Positions 25,696-32,000 of a DNA stretch of 32,000 nt are shown piece after piece. The DNA comes from Geotalea daltonii FRC-32 (GTDB lineage Bacteria; Desulfobacterota; Desulfuromonadia; Geobacterales; Geobacteraceae): assembly GCF_000022265.1 (NCBI RefSeq), contig NC_011979.1, positions 3,450,001 through 3,482,000 of the forward strand, written 5' to 3'. Every line of letters begins with the position of its first letter. The first letter of the stretch is position 1. The notes below the pieces were generated by a model. The model worked only from the letters and a program-made list of their open reading frames with translations, was not told the DNA's origin and ran no database searches. Made by a program: the position numbers and the translations under genes.

Positions 25696-27669
25696 TTACT
25701 GCTTGCCGACGATGTGGCATTCGTCGCACGACCTGGCCGCGAAGGGAGCGTGTATCGTCTCTTTGAAAAATTTCGGGTCCTGTGAAGCATGAGGGGTGTG
25801 GCAGGTCATGCAGTTCATATCTGCAGCGGCAATACCCAGGTGCCCCTTGTTGAAGGCCGCGTCGCCGGTATCATGACACTGGGCGCACAGCTCCTGTACC
25901 GGCTGGCCGGTCAGTGCCCGATAGGGGGCGAAATGCGGTTTATGGCACTGCTGGCAGTCCTTTGCCGCCGGTGAATGTACCTTCTCCTTGCCGATCTTTT
26001 CCTTCAGCGACTTATGGCAGGTAAGACAAAGGTCGGGCGCCTGGGCGAGAAGAAGCTTGTTCAGGGATGACTTGTGCGGACTGTGACACTTGGTGCAATC
26101 CCCTGCCAGCAGAGGCTGATGCTTGCTTTTCGCCTCCACCAGTCCTTTCTTCAGATCGATATGACATTCCATGCAGAGCAGATCCTGCTTCTTCACCAGC
26201 ATCCCGGCTGTATTGCTACCGTGGGTATCATGGCAGGTGAGACATTCGCCGCTGTTAAACGGCATGTGGTTTGAGCCTCCCACCGATTCCTTCATCAGGT
26301 CGCCATGGCACTGGCTGCACAATTTGGCTCCCGAAGCCTTGAGCAGTTTACCTTCATCGGAGCTGTGCGCCTTATGGCAGGAGGTGCAGGTACCATCGGC
26401 GACCGGTCGGTGAGTATAACTTTTCTTGAACCTTGTTTCGGCCTCCGGATGGCAGCCATAGCAGATGTTGTCCATTCGGTCCTTGAACATGCCGGGCATA
26501 TTGGAGCCATGGGGATTATGACAGGAACTGCATTCACCACCGGCAAAGGGAGGATGGACAGTCTTGTTTTTCATGGCATCTTTCGTCCTGGCATGGCAGG
26601 GATAGCACAGCTCCGCATCCTTGGCCGACAGCAGCCCCCTGTTTTTGGCAGCGTGGTGCGTGTGGCAGGATAGACAGCCTTTCCCTTTGCCGACTGCTGC
26701 ATGGGGATAGGCCATGGCAGCAGCTTTATTCTTATGGCAACCGAAGCAGAGTTTGTTGCCGTCAGCGGCAAGAAGCCGTGGATAGTCCGAGGTGTGGGGG
26801 TTATGACAGGAGATGCAATCTCCCCCTTTGAAAGGCGCGTGAATGATGTTCCCATCCCCCTTCAGACCCTTCTCGTCATGGCACTGATAGCAGAGCGCAC
26901 TCCCCTTCCGGGTAACGGCAAAGGGTTTGGCTGAGGTGACGGCATCGTGACAGCCGTCACAGCCTCCGGAGGCAACCGGATTATGGGTGCTCCCCCGCAA
27001 AAGTTTTGCCTGGTCTGAAGAATGGGGAGTGTGGCAGATGGTGCAGCGTTTGGTTTCAACAGGATAGTTGCCGTGGGCCTTTTTAAAGCCTGTCTTGCCG
27101 CTATCATGGCAACCCAGGCAAAGCTTTGGTTCGGCACTGGCGAGGAGAAACTTTTCGTCGGAGCTGTGGGAGTAATGGCAGGCCTTGCAGCCTTGCTTGG
27201 CCAGCACCCCATGGACGAATTTCTTCTGGTAATCGTCCTTCTTATGACATTGGAAACAGATCTCATTGCCTTCTGCCTTCAGCAGATGACTGCCGTTGGA
27301 GGCATGGGGGTTATGGCAGAGGGTGCACTTGCCGGTTTTCAGGGCCGTATGTACATTGGGCTTGGTCAAGGCCGTCTTTACGTTGTTGTGGCATTTGAAG
27401 CAGAGGGCGTTCCCCGTCTCCTTCAAAAGCAGCTTCGGTACCACCCCGTGGCGCAGGTGGCAATCCTCGCATCTCTTCTCCTTGACCACCGCATGAACAT
27501 CCTTCATGCCCAGGTATTTGTCGGCAAACTTCTTATGGCAGTCCAGGCATTCCTTACGGGCGAATGTCCGCGCCGCCTCTGATGGCCTGGGTGAAAGGAG
27601 TATCACGGAGCTGCACAGGATCAGCAGCAGAATGATCAGTAATTTATTTTCAGTGAATGAATGAAACAT
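25696..27669 (-). CDS. Periplasmic giant multiheme c-type cytochrome with 26 CxxCH motifs
   Basis: The preferred start is ATG 27669 (RBS GGAG), giving MFHSFTENKLLIILLLILCSSVILL. Alternative starts lie at 27720 and 27717. I counted 26 CxxCH by eye, in the same paired-module grammar as the downstream 16-heme gene. The stop lies 10 nt before the next start. Confidence 0.9.
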   Translation of the reverse strand: MFHSFTENKLLIILLLILCSSVILLSPRPSEAARTFARKECLDCHKKFADKYLGMKDVHAVVKEKRCEDCHLRHGVVPKLLLKETGNALCFKCHNNVKTALTKPNVHTALKTGKCTLCHNPHASNGSHLLKAEGNEICFQCHKKDDYQKKFVHGVLAKQGCKACHYSHSSDEKFLLASAEPKLCLGCHDSGKTGFKKAHGNYPVETKRCTICHTPHSSDQAKLLRGSTHNPVASGGCDGCHDAVTSAKPFAVTRKGSALCYQCHDEKGLKGDGNIIHAPFKGGDCISCHNPHTSDYPRLLAADGNKLCFGCHKNKAAAMAYPHAAVGKGKGCLSCHTHHAAKNRGLLSAKDAELCYPCHARTKDAMKNKTVHPPFAGGECSSCHNPHGSNMPGMFKDRMDNICYGCHPEAETRFKKSYTHRPVADGTCTSCHKAHSSDEGKLLKASGAKLCSQCHGDLMKESVGGSNHMPFNSGECLTCHDTHGSNTAGMLVKKQDLLCMECHIDLKKGLVEAKSKHQPLLAGDCTKCHSPHKSSLNKLLLAQAPDLCLTCHKSLKEKIGKEKVHSPAAKDCQQCHKPHFAPYRALTGQPVQELCAQCHDTGDAAFNKGHLGIAAADMNCMTCHTPHASQDPKFFKETIHAPFAARSCDECHIVGKQ

Positions 27670-27773
27670 ATTTTTCTCCAACAGGAAACCCTGGATAATA
27701 AGGCTCCTGATTAGCATCATTCTCTGCCATGGATCCCTCTAGATATTTCGGTATGCACTCCGCTGACAGCCTG

Positions 27774-29516
27774 CTAATTGCCCAGGTCGGTGATATAGAC
27801 CTGCACCTTATAGGCTTCCCGAAGCTTTTGACCCCAATCTTCCACGGACTTGTTGAGCTTCTGGTTAAAGACCTCCTTGGTGATCGACTGCTTCACCTGT
27901 TCCAGAGGCTGCGGTTTTGCAGGGATCACTTCCTGCACCTGTATCACATAGACAAAACCCTCCGGCGTCTCGAACAACCTGTACTCGCCGGGCTTAGCCG
28001 CAGCAATTGCTTCCTGCATTTTTTCGGGCAGGCTCTTGCGGGTTACCGGAGTTTGCGAGAAGGACATCAGCCCTTCCGTATCACCGGGCACCAAACCTTC
28101 AGCGTTTGCCTGCAGCCATTGGTATTCGGTTCCTTTTTGCAATTTCTCCATGGCAGCTTCGGCAAAATCCTTCCTGGTGAAGGCGAGTCCCCGGAGCTTC
28201 AGCATCTCCGGCAGTGAAAACTCGTCGATTTCCGCATTGTAATGGGCTTTGATCTCCTCATCGGTTACCTTGATTTCAGAGGCTACCACTTTCTGGATGA
28301 ACATGCCGAACAGCAGCGAGTCCCTGAAATCCTTGATCCTGTTTTTGTAACTTTCAGTTTTATCCAGGCCGAGCTTTTTTGCCTCCATAGGATAAAGTCT
28401 GGCGTAGAAAATATCGTATAGCGCCGGCATTTTCTGCTCATTGATACGCTTGCCCTTGGCCGCTTCCTTGACCCCATGGAAAAACTTCTGCTTGAGCATT
28501 TCGCCCAGGTCGGCAACGGTGATCGGCTTATCCCCTTTGATGGTGGCGATGACCCGCTTATCCTTGAGCAACTTGTCAAAACCGGGCTTGGCTGACTCGA
28601 AATCCAGCTTGTCGAGTAACTTCCTGTCTATCTTGGCGTATTTCTTCACCAACATACCGTTATATTCGGTAAGCACCTGGAGCTGTTTCAGGGCCAGGGC
28701 CTGTTCCCGTGCGGCTTCCCTGGCCTCCATATCGTCAGCGGGATAGCGGATATCTTCCAGCTTGAGGATGGTGTAAGCGGGGCCCACCTGAACAACCGGG
28801 CTAATGCCGCCAACCCTGAGACTGGAGACAATGTGGGCAACCTGGGGAAGCAGTTCCTTTGCCTTGACGAATTCCCCTTCCTTGACGCCGGTGGCCTTGC
28901 CCGATTCGATCAGGCTGTTTGCCAGCTCGTCGAAATTGCCCCCGGCCTGGACTGCCCTGGCCAGTTCCTTGGCATCATCCTCCTTGTCAAAACGAACAGA
29001 TTTAACCTTAAGCTCCTTGACCGCTTCCTTGTAAAACCTCTCCGTATCTGCTTCTGCCGGCTTCAGGTCCTTGATTTGCTGCTCCTTCAATTCCTCCTTG
29101 ATGGCCATCCTGGGGAAATCTTCCAGTTTCTCCTTCACCTCGGGAAGGTCTGCAAGGCCCATGTTTTCTGCTTCCTGAACGATCAACTTGCTGTTGATCA
29201 AGCGATTGAGCACGATGTTATAGTCTTTCTTTCCCGCCGATTCATCTTCCCCGGCACGCTGATGTAAAGCTGCCAGTGACTGATTGAATTCCTCCATGGT
29301 CACCACGTCGTCCCCCACCGTCGCCACCGGCACGGAAGCGAACTTTGGCGAAAGCAGCGGTATTTTCAGGGTAATCCGGGACTCAGCCACCGGTGAGGCG
29401 TTTTCTTTTAATTCGTCGCCGGTTTTTGGCGCAACCGGACTCGGTTCAGCAGCGATCGACAGTGTCCCGAACAAAAGGCTGACCAGAAATGCTTTCATCA
29501 TCATGGTTCGTTTCAT
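27774..29516 (-). CDS. SurA-like periplasmic chaperone / peptidyl-prolyl isomerase with two parvulin-like domains
   Basis: The preferred start is ATG 29516 (RBS AGGGAGAG), giving the signal peptide MKRTMMMKAFLVSLLFGTLSIAA. Parvulin-like blocks are AVQAGGNFDELANS...LRVGGISPVVQVGPAYTILKLEDI and MEKLQKGTEYQWL...AKPGEYRLFETPEGFVYVIQVQEV. The N- and C-terminal chaperone-like helical regions are K/E-rich. Confidence 0.75.
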   Translation of the reverse strand: MKRTMMMKAFLVSLLFGTLSIAAEPSPVAPKTGDELKENASPVAESRITLKIPLLSPKFASVPVATVGDDVVTMEEFNQSLAALHQRAGEDESAGKKDYNIVLNRLINSKLIVQEAENMGLADLPEVKEKLEDFPRMAIKEELKEQQIKDLKPAEADTERFYKEAVKELKVKSVRFDKEDDAKELARAVQAGGNFDELANSLIESGKATGVKEGEFVKAKELLPQVAHIVSSLRVGGISPVVQVGPAYTILKLEDIRYPADDMEAREAAREQALALKQLQVLTEYNGMLVKKYAKIDRKLLDKLDFESAKPGFDKLLKDKRVIATIKGDKPITVADLGEMLKQKFFHGVKEAAKGKRINEQKMPALYDIFYARLYPMEAKKLGLDKTESYKNRIKDFRDSLLFGMFIQKVVASEIKVTDEEIKAHYNAEIDEFSLPEMLKLRGLAFTRKDFAEAAMEKLQKGTEYQWLQANAEGLVPGDTEGLMSFSQTPVTRKSLPEKMQEAIAAAKPGEYRLFETPEGFVYVIQVQEVIPAKPQPLEQVKQSITKEVFNQKLNKSVEDWGQKLREAYKVQVYITDLGN

Positions 29517-29539
29517 AACTCTCCCTTTATCCCCTGCTG

Positions 29540-29725
29540 TCATTTAGTTTCCATCCGGAAAGGGTTCTTTTCTGCCCTGGCGGCGTCAATCTGCGGGCTT
29601 ACTTGTGCGACGTACCGATGTACGTCTCCGCGCAAGCCCTTGATTTCCTTGCCAGAACAAAAAATCCCCTCTTTCCGAATCGGAAACCATTAGTTTCTCA
29701 TCCGGAGTTTCCGGATGGAAACCAT
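29540..29725 (-). promoter_or_regulatory. Repeat-rich, highly structured intergenic region (leader of the chaperone gene / internal operon regulator)
   Basis: Three palindromic GTTTCC-N4/5-GGAAA(C/G) sites lie at 29547-29562, 29671-29687 and 29707-29722. A perfect 8-bp/3-nt-loop hairpin spans 29699-29717. A long imperfect hairpin runs from GGGCTT to AAGCCC (29595-29639) with an inner 7-bp stem GACGTAC/GTACGTC. A direct repeat CATT(T)AGTTT starts at 29541, 29688 and 29723. Confidence 0.5.
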
Positions 29726-30844
29726 TTAGTTTTTCCCGATCATGCTCACTATTGCCGCAGCCATCTGGGAGGTCATTTCTCCTGCGGTATTGACTCTGCC
29801 CAGATCGAAAAAAAATACCCCGTCGTCACCTTCGTTATAACTGTGGGAGGTCCATACTACTTCCCGGCTTTTCCTGTCCAGCAAGGTCAACGAGAAATCA
29901 ACCTTCGGCGTCCCCATGCCCCCCTGGTAGTCCTGAAACTCCTGAACTTCACCTGTCAGGACAAGGTCGGCGTTGAGATCATTGAAAAGGACATCGGCAT
30001 TGGCCAGGGATATCCCCCCTTCGAGAATGATCCTGAATTTGAGGAATGCCTGCCTCACCACTCCTGGTTCAATGATAATATGTTTATTATCTTTTGCCAA
30101 TTCTTCAACAAAGTGCAAGGCAACTATTTCTCCGGCGCTTTTCCTGCCACTTTTGTTAATGAAGGGAATAATGGCAATGGTACGCTGCTGTTGCATATCC
30201 AAGCTCGGCGAATGATAGACCGTTTTGGGCCGGAACTTCCTCATCCACTTCCGGCCCTTTTCTTCCCGGCCACTGAAGGCACCGGCAAGACGAACCGCAA
30301 TTGGATCCAGCGCCTTTTCAAGGAGGTGGTCAGGTTTATGGATCTCTCCCATCCCCAAAAGACCCGGAGCATCGTCACCGGCGAGGGCAGCCGAAGTCAT
30401 GCCGATAATTTTCGCCTCCGGGGCGGTGGAAACCAGACGACAGGAGATTGCCACCTTTGGCGGCGCCGCTTCGCTGCTCATTTCCATGGATGAAATGAGA
30501 ACGGCTGCGGCACCGGTCTCTGTTTTCAGTGCCACCAATGTGTCCCTGTCGATGCTGCCGGTGTGACGCAGGCGATGCCTGGCCAGGAATTGGTCGGTTC
30601 CCTTTTCATCCAGTACTCCAACACCCTGCTCCCGCATTTTTTCCGCCAGCGATTGCCGGATACTTTTCAAAGGTACGGCCACGCCGCTCAGGTTTTCCAC
30701 CGGGAGGACAACTATGAATGGTTTTTTTCCTTCCGGAATGGCCGCTGATTTGACCGTGCCGGTTCCGGCGGCACAACCGCCTGCGCCTGAAAGCAGTGCC
30801 AGCAACAGAGCCAGTTTAGTTGAAAAGTTTATCAAGGAGCTCAT
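29726..30844 (-). CDS. Lipoprotein with two tandem LpoB/CsgG/DUF799-like alpha/beta modules
   Basis: 372 aa with signal peptide and lipobox LLSGAGGC. The two halves (about aa 40-160 and 225-345) each follow the same pattern: a hydrophobic strand, then P(V/F).N, then V(L)(I/T)(S/G), then a strand, as in FIVVLPVENLSG...AAVLISSME and IAIIPFINKSG...DLVLTGEVQEF...VVWTS. The start overlaps the upstream gene by 29 nt. Confidence 0.7.
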   Translation of the reverse strand: MSSLINFSTKLALLLALLSGAGGCAAGTGTVKSAAIPEGKKPFIVVLPVENLSGVAVPLKSIRQSLAEKMREQGVGVLDEKGTDQFLARHRLRHTGSIDRDTLVALKTETGAAAVLISSMEMSSEAAPPKVAISCRLVSTAPEAKIIGMTSAALAGDDAPGLLGMGEIHKPDHLLEKALDPIAVRLAGAFSGREEKGRKWMRKFRPKTVYHSPSLDMQQQRTIAIIPFINKSGRKSAGEIVALHFVEELAKDNKHIIIEPGVVRQAFLKFRIILEGGISLANADVLFNDLNADLVLTGEVQEFQDYQGGMGTPKVDFSLTLLDRKSREVVWTSHSYNEGDDGVFFFDLGRVNTAGEMTSQMAAAIVSMIGKN

Positions 30845-31382
30845 TCACTGCCTTTTCCGTTATCCTGTTCATTGGTTCTCCCCCTCCCCCCAAAAGACGT
30901 TCGGACATGCCGATCCCCCCCTGGGTCGACGAGGCGTTCCACACCACTTTGCCACTCTGGGCCTCGATTGCCTGGACACCGAGAGAAATGACGTTGGCTC
31001 CGGAACTTCCGGATCGTACCTCGCCGTACTCCCTGACCACACCAGTGATAACCGCATCAACCTTGATAATACCGGCGAGCTTGATTATGTCCTCGGGGGA
31101 CGGAGCAGCGGCGTTAGTTATGCCGGCACGGGACAAGCCCCGCAGTACCTCCCCCGCCGGCATCACATATATGGCGCCGGTTGCCATAAGCATGTTGGAA
31201 AAGACATCCCTCACCCTTTCCGCCGCCTGATTGTCGCGGGTGAGATTGGCAAAAGGCAGAACGGCAACGGTTCTTACCGAGCCAAAATCCATGTTGGCGT
31301 CCCGATAGACGTCGGCTGTTGTCCCACAACCGGCTGCAAAAATCAGGCAGATCAGAGTCATACTGATACGTATTCGTTTCAT
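30816..31382 (-). CDS. DUF799/GNA1162-like (LpoB-fold) lipoprotein
   Basis: The preferred start is ATG 31382, giving MKRIRISMTLICLIFAAGC (lipobox). Alternative starts lie at 31403 and 31400. The body reads VAVLPFANLTRD...VDAVITGVVREYG...ISLGVQAIEAQSGKVVWNAS, which matches the single-module version of the neighbouring lipoprotein. Confidence 0.7.
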   Translation of the reverse strand: MKRIRISMTLICLIFAAGCGTTADVYRDANMDFGSVRTVAVLPFANLTRDNQAAERVRDVFSNMLMATGAIYVMPAGEVLRGLSRAGITNAAAPSPEDIIKLAGIIKVDAVITGVVREYGEVRSGSSGANVISLGVQAIEAQSGKVVWNASSTQGGIGMSERLLGGGGEPMNRITEKAVNELLDKLFN

Positions 31383-31430
31383 CACACATCCTGGTTGCAT
31401 CATTTTTGTTTTACTTCTCCCTTCATAAAA

Positions 31431-32000
31431 TCAGAAAAAGATCCGGTAGGTAGCGTTGAAGATCTTTGAATCGAGCGACTGCCTGTGAGACGTGGAGCTG
31501 GTAAAAGAGTAACTCAGGTCAAGGAGGCTTTTACTGGTTATTTTCCAGGAAAGATTCGGAGAGATCAGCCTTTCCTTTGACCGCTCGAGACTGCGCAGGC
31601 TCTCATTGTAGGCAAAGCCGAACTGGATGGCTCCATCGGGAAACGGGGACCAGTTGACCCCGTAGTTCATCAAGGTATCGAAGGTACTGTTCTGCTCAAC
31701 CACCCCGATAGAGCCGAACAGGTACATGGCCGGAAACGGGCGGAAAGAAGCGTTGAATTCTCCCCGTTGCTGAAACGGATTCTGGTTCTGCGCCATGGCC
31801 AGAGAGGAAATGGTCTTGTTCAGGGTATAGTTGATGTTCATGCTCAGGGTAGGGTGCGGCACGATGTTGGCGCCGAAGACCATGCTGTAATCGTCCTCTT
31901 TTACCCCGGTTTCGGTAGTGACGTAGGTAGCCCCTCCGGACAGGTTGACGCTCACCCCCTTGTACAGGTCCGCATGATTATGGAGATAGATGGAGTTGGT
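31431..32000 (-). CDS. Outer-membrane beta-barrel protein, 3' part (5' end lies beyond the window)
   Basis: The frame is open from the window edge (…TNSIYLHNHADLYKGVSVNLSGG…). Beta-strand-like segments with alternating hydrophobic/polar residues and aromatic girdles are visible. The C-terminal signature is ...NATYRIFF, ending in Phe. Confidence 0.65.
   Translation of the reverse strand, partial: TNSIYLHNHADLYKGVSVNLSGGATYVTTETGVKEDDYSMVFGANIVPHPTLSMNINYTLNKTISSLAMAQNQNPFQQRGEFNASFRPFPAMYLFGSIGVVEQNSTFDTLMNYGVNWSPFPDGAIQFGFAYNESLRSLERSKERLISPNLSWKITSKSLLDLSYSFTSSTSHRQSLDSKIFNATYRIFF

Noticed and set aside
27714-27729. A sigma-54-like promoter, TGGCAG-N-ATGC on the minus strand, upstream of the 26-heme cytochrome gene.
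   Set aside because: The GG-to-GC spacing is one nucleotide too long for the -24/-12 consensus, and the -12 element is ATGC rather than TTGC. I kept it only as a note, and it would need TSS mapping.
29660-29690. A hairpin TTTCCGATTCGGAAA followed by GAGGGGATTTTTT on the minus strand, as an intrinsic terminator between the lipoprotein and chaperone genes.
   Set aside because: The U-run starts 7 nt after the stem, and the stem is only 6 bp with a 3-nt loop. This is non-canonical, so I report it only as part of the structured-spacer finding.

Overview
The window is about 58-60% GC and looks like a Geobacter/Desulfuromonadales-type deltaproteobacterium. This taxonomic guess is an inference from gene content only. 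It holds two unrelated accessory loci that meet tail-to-tail.

(1) Plus strand, 1-19506. This is one tightly packed operon. It joins a PUFA-synthase-like iterative PKS to a complete OleABCD head-to-head olefin pathway and an Sfp-type PPTase. The PKS part is the 3' end of a PfaD-type enoyl reductase gene, a PfaA-like KS-AT-4xACP-KR-DH, and a PfaC-like KS-CLF-AT-DH2. GC-rich palindromic repeat elements fill the only real spacer (oleA-oleB), and related copies sit in frame inside two pfaC linkers.

(2) Minus strand, 19511-32000. A membrane-anchored coiled-coil NERD protein comes first in coordinates. The rest is a co-oriented ten-gene locus that ends with an OmcS-family hexaheme (nanowire-type) cytochrome and a strong intrinsic terminator. 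In transcription order the ten genes are:
- an outer-membrane beta-barrel (truncated by the window edge)
- two lipoproteins built from three LpoB/CsgG/DUF799-like modules
- a SurA-like double-parvulin chaperone
- a 26-heme cytochrome
- a 16-heme cytochrome
- an NHL beta-propeller
- a Sel1-repeat protein
- a small lipoprotein
- the OmcS homolog

This second locus is my best candidate for a dedicated cytochrome-filament biogenesis and charging system. No rRNA, tRNA, CRISPR array or transposase was seen. All homology statements rest on motif recognition by eye, because no database search was possible.
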